From the sequence record DRR723986_1321: a stretch of 56,884 nucleotides of DNA, one strand, 5' to 3'. Position 1 is the first letter of the stretch. Each line of letters starts with the position of its first letter. The translations under genes and the position numbers were made by a program. Under the pieces are notes generated by a model that saw nothing but the letters and a program-made list of their open reading frames with translations, had not been told where the DNA came from and did no database searches. This document shows positions 29,138-39,311 of the stretch, in pieces.

Positions 29138-29712
29138 GGTACGGCCCTGGACAAGCTGATCGCCCCGCGCACCTGTCCCAAGGCATAGCCGGTAGCCCTG
29201 TCATCCGGGTAGTACTCGCGCAAGGCATCCAGGACCGCCGGTGCCAGGTTCTGCCCGTGACAGGTCAGGCAGAGCCCTTCCACGCCCTGGGCCTGCATAT
29301 AGCGGTACCGGTTGCCCTGCCGTTCGCCAAAATGCAGGTCGGCGGGGTCATCTCCGGCCCGCTGGCGAGCGTCGAACTCGGCCAGAACGCCAAGCTCCCA
29401 CTCATCGGGCACCGCGCGACTGGCGTTTCTCTGCTGCAGGCTCACCCGCCTGACCAGCCAGCCAGAGCTGGCGCTGAGAGCATCGGCCAGGGTAGGCGCA
29501 ACATCCGCACAGACAGCAATCGCATGGGTCGGCCCGCCCTCTTTCATTGCCTGCTGCAACTGTGGCTTGAGCCGATTGACGAAATCGTGGACCAGCCTGC
29601 GGGCCTCCTCCGCCAGAGCCTGTTCCGGCGCTGCTTGTCCGAAGCCTGGCACCGGGAACAGCCATAACAGAGAAAGGAGTGGTAACACTCTGGTGACATT
29701 CAAGATACGCAT
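29134..29712 (-). CDS. DUF3365/Tll0287-like exported c-type heme protein
   Basis: Signal peptide, AIAVC, RN...PDEWE, CLTCHG, GQVRGAIS. Confidence 0.85.
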   Translation of the reverse strand: MRILNVTRVLPLLSLLWLFPVPGFGQAAPEQALAEEARRLVHDFVNRLKPQLQQAMKEGGPTHAIAVCADVAPTLADALSASSGWLVRRVSLQQRNASRAVPDEWELGVLAEFDARQRAGDDPADLHFGERQGNRYRYMQAQGVEGLCLTCHGQNLAPAVLDALREYYPDDRATGYALGQVRGAISLSRAVP

Positions 29713-29997
29713 TCGTCTTTGCCTTGTAAGCTTCGCCAAAACCAATCACAGCATCTCGCGGCTGGCATACTATTGACCCAGCGCAAGCGATCGCTGCTGG
29801 GGTCAAGTTTACTACCGGACAGCCCGCCTACACCAAAAATTAAGCTCATCACAGCGACACGTGAGACAGCAGCGTGTCCATGGTAAGCATCCACAGCGCA
29901 TCGCGTGCTCAGACCGAGCCGGGTTATCGGGCCGCCCTTGATTCAATAGCAAGCTCGGAGCATCATTGAAGATGACATTGTACGCACCGGCCCACCC

Positions 29998-30906
29998 ATG
30001 CAACTGAAGACGCGTCTGGATAACGGCGGTACGCCCCGGCATGATTACTGGGGCATCGACAGCGAGTACGGCCGGCTCACCGACCTGCTGGTTGGCCCCA
30101 TCGACAACTACAGCTGGCAGCCCGGGAACGCGGTTGCCCAGCGCAGCGCGCGCCTGGGCCTGACATTCGACCCGGCGGTTGTACGTTCGCAATACGCCGA
30201 GATGATCAGCGCCTATGAGAGCGCCGGCGTGCGCGTACATCAGCTGCCCCCCGAGGACGGCCTGCCCTACCAGGTTTACGCTCGTGACAGCTCGGTCATG
30301 ACGCCCTGGGGCGCCATCATCATGCAACTGCAGAAAGACTACCGGCGCGGCGAGTACGCCGGCGTTCTGCGCTTTTACCTTGAGCACGAGATCCCCATCT
30401 ACGACATGGTTACTGCCGGTAATGTCGAGGGCGGTGATTTCATGGTGTTAAAGCCCGGGGTCGCAATCTGCGGCTATTCCGGGGAGCGCTCGATCGAACC
30501 GGCGGTGATGCAGCTCAAGAGCTGGTTCGAGCGAGAGGGCTGGGAGCTCTATGCCTACCCCTTCGATCCACACTTTCTGCATCTCGATGTACAGCTGGGT
30601 ATGATTGCAGAGGATCTGGCGGTGGTCTGCGTGGAGGCGGTAGAGGCCGACCTGCTGGACTGGCTGGCCGCACAGGGGATTCGCATCCTGCCGATTTCCT
30701 ATGGCGATGCCATGAATATGGGTACCAATATCGTGGCCCTGGGCGCTGATCGCGTGCTGATACCGGCCGCCGGTACCCGCCTGATAGAGGCTTGTCGTGC
30801 CGAGGGGCTGCAGGTCTTCGACCCGGACGTGTCAATGATTGCCCAGGGTGGCGGCTCGGTACACTGTATGTGCCAGGCGCTGCGACGGGATTCTGCGGGT
30901 GTTTGA
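29998..30906 (+). CDS. Amidinotransferase/DDAH/arginine deiminase-family protein
   Basis: SEYGRL, YARD, EGGD, HLD, GGGSVHC. Confidence 0.9.
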   Translation: MQLKTRLDNGGTPRHDYWGIDSEYGRLTDLLVGPIDNYSWQPGNAVAQRSARLGLTFDPAVVRSQYAEMISAYESAGVRVHQLPPEDGLPYQVYARDSSVMTPWGAIIMQLQKDYRRGEYAGVLRFYLEHEIPIYDMVTAGNVEGGDFMVLKPGVAICGYSGERSIEPAVMQLKSWFEREGWELYAYPFDPHFLHLDVQLGMIAEDLAVVCVEAVEADLLDWLAAQGIRILPISYGDAMNMGTNIVALGADRVLIPAAGTRLIEACRAEGLQVFDPDVSMIAQGGGSVHCMCQALRRDSAGV

Positions 30907-31291
30907 GGGTAGCTGTCACTGCGGCGAGCTGCGCTGGGAGCTGCAGAGCACACCCGTATCAGCCACGGCCTGTAATTGCACGGTGTGCCGACGCTACGGC
31001 GCGCTGTGGGCCTACGACTTCGAAGATGACGGTATCAAAGTCTTCGGCCCAGCTACCCCCTACACCCACGGTGACTGTTCTCTCAGCTTTAACTTCTGCC
31101 CACGGTGCGGCTGCCTCGCGTACTGGCGGGCAATGGCGCCGGACGAGAATGGCCGGCGGCGGCTTGCTGTCAATCTCCGCCTGGCCGATCCAGGGCGGGT
31201 ACACATGGTGCCAGTAACCCGGTTCGACGGGCTGGATAGTTTTCAGCGGCTGCCTGGTGAACACCGCTGCGTCGGCGACCTATGGTCATAA
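30899..31291 (+). CDS. GFA family (CENP-V-like) Zn-binding protein
   Basis: GSCHCG, CNCTVCRR, FCPRCG; GTG start overlaps the upstream gene end. Confidence 0.88.
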   Translation: MFEGSCHCGELRWELQSTPVSATACNCTVCRRYGALWAYDFEDDGIKVFGPATPYTHGDCSLSFNFCPRCGCLAYWRAMAPDENGRRRLAVNLRLADPGRVHMVPVTRFDGLDSFQRLPGEHRCVGDLWS

Positions 31292-31327
31292 CCGCTCGGA
31301 GCAGCTGGTACTGCCCTAATCGCCGGC

Positions 31328-31813
31328 CTAGGGCTCGACTGCCGGTGACAATCGGTGAACGCCATGGATGCTGCCGTCCGGATTCAACGACAGGTAGGTA
31401 GTCCCCCGGCGATAGACGGGCGCACAACGCTCGATGCCGATGCGATCCGGTAGTCCTGAGGTGATGATGATGCAGCGCTGGTCATCCCTTGCACTCCAGG
31501 TTCCCGTGACCTCACCGGACGCCGAAGCGTTCGACCAACGATTGACGAAGCGACCGTCCGCGTACCAGTAATTGACCGCCGATGTGCCACGACTGTCCTG
31601 CACCTCGGCATCGTCCCTCACCCCGGCAAAGGCCGTCCGTATTTCCTCCGTGCTCAGGCGCACGGCGTCGCTGGGCATAGACTCACGCGCAAGCGCTTCA
31701 CCGGCGCAGTAGGCAGCCGGCATTGACAGTAACAGCACCAGGGGAGCCCAAGTGCCAAGCCAGCACCGGCCAGATAGTCCGGCACGCCCGGCGACAGTCG
31801 CTGAGAAAGACAA
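31328..31813 (-). CDS. Hypothetical exported protein; start uncertain
   Basis: Hydrophobic N-terminal stretch, YWYADG...GTW...C...C small beta-domain pattern. Confidence 0.6.
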   Translation of the reverse strand: MSFSATVAGRAGLSGRCWLGTWAPLVLLLSMPAAYCAGEALARESMPSDAVRLSTEEIRTAFAGVRDDAEVQDSRGTSAVNYWYADGRFVNRWSNASASGEVTGTWSARDDQRCIIITSGLPDRIGIERCAPVYRRGTTYLSLNPDGSIHGVHRLSPAVEP

Positions 31814-31876
31814 AGCAAAATCCTTGTGATCGTGTACGCTACAAACACATCATCATACGATTACTGGTCCCTGACA

Positions 31877-33691
31877 ATGCGCTATTTGCTGACAGCCGGA
31901 TGCCTGGCTTTCTATTCCCTGTTTGCCTTGGTCGCGGCGTCCGCCGACGAGGACGTCGACAAGCGCGCCTACTTCGGCGAAACCCATGTCCACACCGCCT
32001 ATTCACTGGACGCTTATCTCGGGGGCACCCGCCTGACGCCATCAGACGCCTACCGCCATGCGCGGGGAGAAAGCGTAATGGTACATGGCAAGCCGCACCG
32101 TATGCGCCGACCACTGGATTTCGCCGCGGTGACCGACCACGCGGAGTACCTGGGAGAAATGCAAGCCGCGCTGGACCCGGAATCCGATGGCCATCAACAA
32201 CCCGAGATACAGCAACTGATTTCTCTTGGCGATCTGGAAGCACGACGCGACTGGTTCCTCACCTATGTGATAAAGAACACACGCGGCAAAAATCCCCAGC
32301 ACTTGCCTTTCTTCCCTGGCAATGAGGTGGTGAAAAGTGGCTGGAAAGCTATTGTCGCAGCCGCAGAGGATCACTATGAGCCGGGAAAATTCACGACCTT
32401 CGCGGCCTTTGAGTGGTCCAGCGCGCCCGGCGGCGCCAACCTCCACCGCAACATTTTGTTCCGGGGCAGCGAGGTGCCGGACCTACCCATGAGTTCATTC
32501 GAACTTCCGCGCGAAGAGGCCCTGTGGGACTGGCTGACCGCCCAGGCGACAGCCGGCGCACGGGCGATCGCGCTGCCGCATAATTCGAACGCCAGCAAGG
32601 GGCTGATGTTCCCCGACCGGGCCTCCGATGGCAGCGCGCTTGAGGAAACCTATGCGCTACGCCGCGCAGAATTCGAACGCGCGATCGAGATAATGCAGAT
32701 CAAGGGCAACTCCGAAGTTCACGCCAGCTTCTGGGCCGCCGACGAGTTCTCTGATTTCGAAAATGCCCCTTCGATGGCCCGGTTCAGCGGCCGGGTCCCG
32801 GAGCGCCGGAACTTCGTTAGGGACGGACTGGTGCGCGGGCTTGCGCTGGAATCCCGTCTTGGCAGCAATCCATTCAAGCTCGGCCTGATTGGCGGTACCG
32901 ATAGCCACAACGGGATTATGGGCGACACCGACGAGGATGCCTGGCCGGGCGGTCACGGTGACGAGGATGCAAGCCCCGAACGACGTCAGACAGCGGAAGT
33001 CGGCGGCTGGCTGGCAGCAAGAGACCAATCACCCGGCGCGCTGACCGGTGCGTGGGCTGCCAGCAATACGCGTGAAGCCATCTGGGATGCCATTTACAAT
33101 CGCGAGGTTTTTGCGACCTCGGGCTCACGGATTACTGTGCGCTTCTTTGCCGGCTGGGATTACCCAGCCGACCTGCACAAGCAGAATACGATGATAGACG
33201 TCGCCTACCGCGATGGCGTGCCTATGGGCGGCAGCCTGAGCGGCGAGCACAGCCAGGGCGCGCCCCACTTCCTGGTGGCGGCTAGCAAAGACCCCCTCGG
33301 TGCAAACCTGGACCGCCTCCAGGTGATAAAAGGCTGGGTGGACGCCAATGGCGAACACCGCGATAGAGTCTACGATGTGGCCTGGTCCGGCAAACGGCAG
33401 CCGGGCCCGGGAGGAAAATTGCCCCCGGTTGGCAACACCGTCGACATCGAGGCGGCCACCTATCAAAACAGCATTGGTGACGCGCAGTTAGCCGTCGTCT
33501 GGCAGGATCCGGATTTCAATCCCGAGCTGCCCGCACTCTACTACCTGCGAGTGCTGGAGATACCGACGCCACGCTGGACGACCTATGACGCCGCGCGCGC
33601 TGGCCTCGCGCTACCGGATGACGTTCCAGCCACGGTGCAGGAACGCGCCTGGAGCTCGCCGATATGGTACCGCCCCGCTACCGGCCTGTGA
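31877..33691 (+). CDS. DUF3604 domain protein (PHP-like, exported)
   Basis: FGETHVHTAYSLDA, DFAAVTDHAE, NLHRN, GGTDSH, QERAWSSPIWY. Confidence 0.9.
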   Translation: MRYLLTAGCLAFYSLFALVAASADEDVDKRAYFGETHVHTAYSLDAYLGGTRLTPSDAYRHARGESVMVHGKPHRMRRPLDFAAVTDHAEYLGEMQAALDPESDGHQQPEIQQLISLGDLEARRDWFLTYVIKNTRGKNPQHLPFFPGNEVVKSGWKAIVAAAEDHYEPGKFTTFAAFEWSSAPGGANLHRNILFRGSEVPDLPMSSFELPREEALWDWLTAQATAGARAIALPHNSNASKGLMFPDRASDGSALEETYALRRAEFERAIEIMQIKGNSEVHASFWAADEFSDFENAPSMARFSGRVPERRNFVRDGLVRGLALESRLGSNPFKLGLIGGTDSHNGIMGDTDEDAWPGGHGDEDASPERRQTAEVGGWLAARDQSPGALTGAWAASNTREAIWDAIYNREVFATSGSRITVRFFAGWDYPADLHKQNTMIDVAYRDGVPMGGSLSGEHSQGAPHFLVAASKDPLGANLDRLQVIKGWVDANGEHRDRVYDVAWSGKRQPGPGGKLPPVGNTVDIEAATYQNSIGDAQLAVVWQDPDFNPELPALYYLRVLEIPTPRWTTYDAARAGLALPDDVPATVQERAWSSPIWYRPATGL

Positions 33692-33857
33692 TGCACCGTC
33701 TCACCGCCGTGCACTCGAATTGCCAGCAGCTGCAGCGCGCACCACCTCAGCCAGACTAGTCACCTGGCCGTTGGCCCAACGCGCGTCCAAATGACGCTGG
33801 TATTTGCACACAACTCTGTTTAATCTGCCGCGATTCTGGCCAAAGCAAGGGAACCCC

Positions 33858-34340
33858 ATGGAGATCGCAAGCAACGCCGTTGTACTGTTCCACTACACCC
33901 TGCGCAATGCGGAGGGGGATGAGTTGGAAACCTCAAGAGGGGGCGAACCCAGCGCCTACCTGCACGGCGCACGCAACATCATACCCGGCCTCGAATCTGC
34001 CATGGCGGGAAAAAGCGAGGGCGACACGTTTACCGCGACAGTGGAACCACGGGAGGCCTACGGCGTCCACGAACCCGGCCGGGTGCAGCGCATCCCGGTG
34101 AAACATCTCCTGTTCAAGGGCAAGCTGCACCCGGGTATGCCGGTGCAGGTAAATACCGAGCGTGGGCGGATGCCGGCGACGGTAGTCAAAGCCGGCAAGT
34201 TCAGTGCCGATGTCGATACCAACCACCCCCTGGCCGGCCAGACCCTGACCTTCGACATCGAGATTGTGGCGGTGCGGGAAGCAAGCGCCGAGGAACGGGC
34301 CCACGGTCACGCGCACGGGCCCGGCGGGCATCATCACTGA
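33858..34340 (+). CDS. slyD: FKBP-type peptidyl-prolyl isomerase SlyD
   Basis: YLHG..NIIPGLE, DTNHPLAGQTLTF, His-rich tail. Confidence 0.92.
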   Translation: MEIASNAVVLFHYTLRNAEGDELETSRGGEPSAYLHGARNIIPGLESAMAGKSEGDTFTATVEPREAYGVHEPGRVQRIPVKHLLFKGKLHPGMPVQVNTERGRMPATVVKAGKFSADVDTNHPLAGQTLTFDIEIVAVREASAEERAHGHAHGPGGHHH

Positions 34341-34746
34341 TTGTGGCGTTAGGCAGAGCCCGCTGGCTAACCAGGCGAGAGCGCGAAGGACAGTGATAGC
34401 GCGGATTCCTTCGAGGCGAATCAATGCGCGGCGGCCACTGGAGTACGAATCAATTGGGAACGACCACGGCCGGACCCCGATCTCATCGCGGCGCGGCCAT
34501 GCGCGCCATTGAAGCACAATCGCTCGCGCCGAAACCAGAGGAATTGCCCCGGCACAGGGAAAAACCCTTTATCTTTCAGTGCGTTATCGCGTAGAATACG
34601 CGCCTTCTCAGGCACCCCCGGCAACAGATTGCGGTCTGATTCACCGCTGAAGCTCTCAGCCGGGAACGCCAAGCCATTGTTTTATATACCATTTAACCCA
34701 TGCCCTGACGATTGGGGGCAGCTACAACATAGACAGGACGCGCTAA

Positions 34747-35289
34747 ATGCTGACAGCGAGTAAACTCGAAAAAATCATGGAACTCGAAGCCAAACTTCGG
34801 GATGAGTATCAGGCCAAGCTTGACGCGCAGGCCGCCGAACTGGCGCAATGCCGGCAGCAGCTCGACGAGCAGAAGCAGGAGATGCAGGCCACTATCGACA
34901 AGCAGCTGGCAACCATCGGCGAGCTGTCCTCCAGGGCCACCGCCAGCCAGAACGTCGAACAGCAGAATCGCGAACTGAACAACCGTAGCGAAAAGCTCCA
35001 GGAAGAAGTAACAACCCTGAAGAAGCGGGTCAAAACCCTGCAGAAAGACCTGGCCAGCGAGCGCGAGCAGCTCAAGCAGCTGACCCAGTACGATCCGGTG
35101 CGGATGAAAAAGAACCTCGATACAAACAAGAAGAAGCTGGCGGAAAAAACCCGAGCCAATGAACTGCTGCAGAAAGCGCTGAACAAGGCCAAGTCTGAGA
35201 ACGGTGAGCTGCAGCACAAGGTGCAGGAACTCGAGAGCCAGCAGGCAGAAAAGGCAGCAGACGAGCAGCGGGAAGACGAAGCCGCCTGA
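34747..35289 (+). CDS. Hypothetical coiled-coil protein
   Basis: E/Q/K/L-rich heptads, strong codon bias, AGGA RBS. Confidence 0.8.
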   Translation: MLTASKLEKIMELEAKLRDEYQAKLDAQAAELAQCRQQLDEQKQEMQATIDKQLATIGELSSRATASQNVEQQNRELNNRSEKLQEEVTTLKKRVKTLQKDLASEREQLKQLTQYDPVRMKKNLDTNKKKLAEKTRANELLQKALNKAKSENGELQHKVQELESQQAEKAADEQREDEAA

Positions 35290-35335
35290 CCCCGTCCAGC
35301 GCAACGCGCAACCACAAACCAGGAGGGAGCCGCCC

Positions 35336-35623
35336 GTGGCAGCCTATCTCATCGCCAACTACCGGATAACGGATGCCGAGGGCTACGCTGCCTACCCGCC
35401 GGCGGTTGCACCCACCCTGGAGCCCTTTGGCGGCGAACTACTGGTGGCAGATTTCGACAGCCCTGCGATCGAAGGCGCGCCCCACCCGGTCTCCATCGTG
35501 GTCAAATTCCCGTCCATGCAAGCTGCCCGCGACTGGTACGACTCGCCTGCCTACCAGGCTGTACTCAATCTGCGAACGGATAACACCGAGGGCAGCATCG
35601 TGTTCGCCGAGGGCGTGGCCTGA
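35336..35623 (+). CDS. DUF1330 family protein
   Basis: GTG start after AGGAGG; FGG..L, EG, FPSM.AA..WY.SP.YQ. Confidence 0.85.
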   Translation: MAAYLIANYRITDAEGYAAYPPAVAPTLEPFGGELLVADFDSPAIEGAPHPVSIVVKFPSMQAARDWYDSPAYQAVLNLRTDNTEGSIVFAEGVA

Positions 35624-35653
35624 GCCCTGCCCCGGCGGACCCGCACTACCCGA

Positions 35654-36667
35654 TCAGCCGCCGCTGTAGTCGATTACCAGCTTACCGAGGAAGCCACCGC
35701 GATCCAGGTCGCCAAGGGCTTGCGGTGCCTCATCGAATCCATAGCTGCGACTGATGACCGGATGCAGGTCTTCCCGTTCCACGAACGCCATCATTGCCTC
35801 AAAACCCTTGCGATTGCCGGTACCGATACCGTGCAGGTTGGCATTGCGGATAATCAGCGGGAACACCGTGGTATCCATCATCACCCCGGCCATGTAGCCA
35901 ATGATATTGATATGACCGCCATGGCGGATAGCGGCCAGCGACTGGGCCAGGGTACCCGCGCCGCCGATCTCAACAACCGCATCCACCCCGTGGCCACTGA
36001 TTTCCCGGGCCACGGCGCCCCACTCCGGCGTTTGCCGGTAATTCACGGTCTCGCTTGCGCCCAGTTCCCGGGCTGCGCGGAGGCGCTCATCGCTGGACGA
36101 CAGTACGATCGTGTTCGCGCCCAGAGCCCGGGCGAGTTGCAATGACGCCATGGCCACACCGCCCGTGCCAAGAATAAGCACCCAGTTCCCGGGACCGATA
36201 GCGGATTTCTCCACCAGCGCGGTCCAGGCGGTGAGCCCGGCACAGGGGTAGCAGGCCAGTTCCGTCGCCGACAGCGACCTGGCGCCCTTGACTAGCGCAC
36301 TAGCCGGGTAAACGCCGTACTCGCGCAGGACACCCGGAGCTTCCAGCCCACCGGACACGGCACGCTCATCGGCAAGGGCCTCGCCCTCGATCCAGTTGGG
36401 GAAAAACGTTGAAGCAACCAGGTCGCCCTCGGCAAAGCCGGTGACGCCCTCGCCCACGGCCGCCACAATGCCGGCACCGTCCGACAGGGGGATCAGGGGA
36501 AACGCCACATCCGTGGTGAAATGGCCGGCGATGATCTGGCTGTCCCGGGGATTGACGCTGGCGGCCTGGAATTGCACCAGCACCTCATTTGCCCGGGGCT
36601 CGGGTTGCGGGAGTTCGACCAGTTGCATTTGCTCCAGGCCGAATGCATTGAGTTGCCAGGCACGCAT
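35654..36667 (-). CDS. MDR-superfamily NAD(P)-dependent oxidoreductase (alcohol dehydrogenase-like)
   Basis: IPLSDGAG, PCAGLTAW, GTGGV, GKLVI. Confidence 0.9.
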   Translation of the reverse strand: MRAWQLNAFGLEQMQLVELPQPEPRANEVLVQFQAASVNPRDSQIIAGHFTTDVAFPLIPLSDGAGIVAAVGEGVTGFAEGDLVASTFFPNWIEGEALADERAVSGGLEAPGVLREYGVYPASALVKGARSLSATELACYPCAGLTAWTALVEKSAIGPGNWVLILGTGGVAMASLQLARALGANTIVLSSSDERLRAARELGASETVNYRQTPEWGAVAREISGHGVDAVVEIGGAGTLAQSLAAIRHGGHINIIGYMAGVMMDTTVFPLIIRNANLHGIGTGNRKGFEAMMAFVEREDLHPVISRSYGFDEAPQALGDLDRGGFLGKLVIDYSGG

Positions 36668-36772
36668 GGCATCACCTTCTTCAGAGTCATTGGAGGCGCA
36701 AGAATAACACGCCAGGCGCGCCTGCCTCACCGGGTCGTGCCACCCCACAACAACCCTTTGTGGGTCTGATAA

Positions 36773-38215
36773 CTACTGGTCCCGATTCTGCTTCCGGGTA
36801 ACCGTGAGCCAGTCCAGCACCACCCCTGCGCCCGGGGTAAACCGGGATATCCGGTAGACAATCTGCAGCACATCCGGCTTGCGACGAACCCGCAACTCAA
36901 CCGAACGGGGAATGAACCAGGCCGCCACGGCAGCCCGCAGGAGGCCGGAGAGGACGAACAGGATAATAATGGGATGCTCCGGCGCCCAACCCGCCGGCAG
37001 CAGCTGTGTGAACGCCGGCAACTGGCTGGCCAGGTAGCCACCGAGCAGCGCGCCACAGAAAACTCCAACAGCGCTGAGTGCGGATTGCACCGCGGCGTAG
37101 ATCGCAAAGTCCGCGCGCGGCGGGCGGATATCGTAGAGGTAATTGGCGGTGCTCAGGGTGAATCCGCCCCAGGCAATACCCGATGCAACCTGCACCAGCA
37201 GGAGGTAATAGAAATCCTGGGAGAACACCCATAACACCGGGACGATGGGGATCAGGAAACCACTGGCCACCATGACGATGCGGCTGCCATAGCGGTCGCA
37301 GATATAACCCCAGCTCGCCAGGGTGAAGAACTGGGTGAGGATTGCCGTGCTGATATTGGCGGTAAACTGCCAGTAGCTGAATTCGAGATGACGCAGCATA
37401 TACACAGCAAAAAACGGTCCTGACATGGCGACCGCAAGCTGCATGCCGGCAAAAAACAGGGTGTACTCACGGAATGCACGCTCTGCAAAAGCGTGGCCGA
37501 TGGCCCGGTAGGTTTCCGCCGGGTGCCGGCTCTGGCTCGAGCGTACCGTCTGCGCCTGCGCCTCCTCCGGGTCGGTCATCTGCCGCAGGTGCCATGCGGA
37601 ATAGGAGCGGCCAACCGCGGCGAGCAGTAACAGCAGCGCAAAGCCGTAACCGGCCAGTTGCCAGCGATCGAACCAGCCCAGCAGGAAACCACCGAGCAGG
37701 ATAACTGCGAAGCTGCTGACCATCGTCAGCCGGGTGCGTCCGGCAAAGAATGCGCCCCGGCGCCGGGCAGGAACCAGGCTGCCCATCCAGGATCGCCACT
37801 GGGGTTGGATGAAGTTCGATGCGGCGTGATAGACAACCGCCAGCAGCACCAGCCAGGTGGTTGCGTTTACCGGTTGTAGCAAGGCCAGCAAGGCCATGCC
37901 GAATACCGCCAGCGCCTGAATGACGGCACCGGTAACGATCGCTCGACGGCGGGAGAAATAGCGGCACAACCACACCGAGAGCAGCTGGAAGACTGCACCC
38001 ACCAGCTGCGGTGCCGCGGTCAGCCAGCCAATCTGGGCCAGGGAGGCGCGCAGGAACACGGCGAAGGCGCCGACATAGTTGTCGGTGATGCCGGTCATGA
38101 CCGAACTCGCGACGGCATCGCGACGGGAATGAGCCAGGGTTGCACGCAGCCAGCTGTCCCTGCGCTGCAGGGCTGGCTCGACGGGTACCGGGGGGGCGAC
38201 GGGATCTGCCGGCAT
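36773..38215 (-). CDS. MFS transporter
   Basis: About 12 hydrophobic segments; WGYICDRYGSR motif A. Confidence 0.88.
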   Translation of the reverse strand: MPADPVAPPVPVEPALQRRDSWLRATLAHSRRDAVASSVMTGITDNYVGAFAVFLRASLAQIGWLTAAPQLVGAVFQLLSVWLCRYFSRRRAIVTGAVIQALAVFGMALLALLQPVNATTWLVLLAVVYHAASNFIQPQWRSWMGSLVPARRRGAFFAGRTRLTMVSSFAVILLGGFLLGWFDRWQLAGYGFALLLLLAAVGRSYSAWHLRQMTDPEEAQAQTVRSSQSRHPAETYRAIGHAFAERAFREYTLFFAGMQLAVAMSGPFFAVYMLRHLEFSYWQFTANISTAILTQFFTLASWGYICDRYGSRIVMVASGFLIPIVPVLWVFSQDFYYLLLVQVASGIAWGGFTLSTANYLYDIRPPRADFAIYAAVQSALSAVGVFCGALLGGYLASQLPAFTQLLPAGWAPEHPIIILFVLSGLLRAAVAAWFIPRSVELRVRRKPDVLQIVYRISRFTPGAGVVLDWLTVTRKQNRDQ

Positions 38216-38243
38216 GCCTGATCCTATACCGGCAGCGGGCGCA

Positions 38244-39218
38244 TCATTCGCGGCACGCTTCGATCTTCCCCTGAACCTCGTCAGTCAACAGGGGAACCAC
38301 TGCCAGTGCCTGCAGGTTCTCCTCCAACTGTTCTACCCGGGAAGCGCCCAGGATTACCGTGGAGACATTGGGGTTCAGCAGACACCAGGCAATCGACAAG
38401 CGAGACAGGCTGGTGCCCAGCTCTTCAGCGATCGGCTGCAGCTTCCTCACCTGCGCCATCCGTGCCTGGCCGCGCTCACTGTCGACCATGTGTTTACGCA
38501 ACCACTCGTAACCCGCCAGTGATGCGCGCGAGCCCTCGGGTATCCCCTCGAGGTACTTGCCGGTAAGCGCGCCGGAAGCCAGCGGCGACCAGGTAGTCGT
38601 GCCCAGGCCGTACTTCTCATACAGAGGGGCATACTCCAGCTCGAAGCGCTCACGGTCGAGCAGGTTGTACTGGGGCTGTTCCATGGTCGGCGGTGTCAGC
38701 TTGTGAGCGTAGGCGAATTCATAGGCCTCGGTGATCTCCGCCGCCGTCCACTCCGAGGTGCCCCAGTAGAGGATTTTTCCCTGAGTGACCAGGTTGTGCA
38801 TCGCCCACACCGTCTCGCCAATCGGCGTGTCCGGGTCGGCCCGGTGACAGAAATACAGGTCGAGATAGTCCACCTGCAGGCGCGCCAGGGCCTGGTGACA
38901 GGCCTCGGTGACGTGCTTGCGGCTCAGGCCCGCCTGGGTCGGTGCCGGGTTGTCGTGGGCACCGAAGAACACCTTGGACGATACACAGTAGCTGTCCCGC
39001 GGACGGTTCAGGCTCTTCAGCGCCTTGCCCATAACAATTTCAGACTGGCCGCGCTCATAGCCCTCGGCGTTGTCGAAGAAGTTGATGCCCGCGTCAAAGC
39101 AGGTACCGAACATCCGTTCAGCCAGGCCTGCATCCACTTGTTTGTTAAAGGTAACCCAGGAGCCGAAGGACAGTTCTGACAGTTTAAGACCCGAGGCGCC
39201 GAGCTTGCGGTATTCCAT
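38244..39218 (-). CDS. Aldo/keto reductase (Kv-beta-like)
   Basis: GINFFDNAEGY, GLSRKH, GTSEW, WSPLASG. Confidence 0.93.
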   Translation of the reverse strand: MEYRKLGASGLKLSELSFGSWVTFNKQVDAGLAERMFGTCFDAGINFFDNAEGYERGQSEIVMGKALKSLNRPRDSYCVSSKVFFGAHDNPAPTQAGLSRKHVTEACHQALARLQVDYLDLYFCHRADPDTPIGETVWAMHNLVTQGKILYWGTSEWTAAEITEAYEFAYAHKLTPPTMEQPQYNLLDRERFELEYAPLYEKYGLGTTTWSPLASGALTGKYLEGIPEGSRASLAGYEWLRKHMVDSERGQARMAQVRKLQPIAEELGTSLSRLSIAWCLLNPNVSTVILGASRVEQLEENLQALAVVPLLTDEVQGKIEACRE

Positions 39219-39311
39219 TGATGGCTCCTGAAAAGGGTAGTTCGGCGTGCCCGCCGGCGAGCATCACGTTAGCGCACGGCCCGGTTTCTGGCAATCTGCG
39301 GCATCCAGGTT

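Noticed and set aside
29773-29806. Imperfect inverted repeat TTGACCCAGC...GCTGGGGTCAA
   Set aside because: Single copy, no U tract, no recognisable operator or mobile-element context.
34570-34665. Repeated YTYTCAG resembling a glycine riboswitch
   Set aside because: The GGAGA and CCGAAG elements are missing and the downstream gene is unrelated to glycine.
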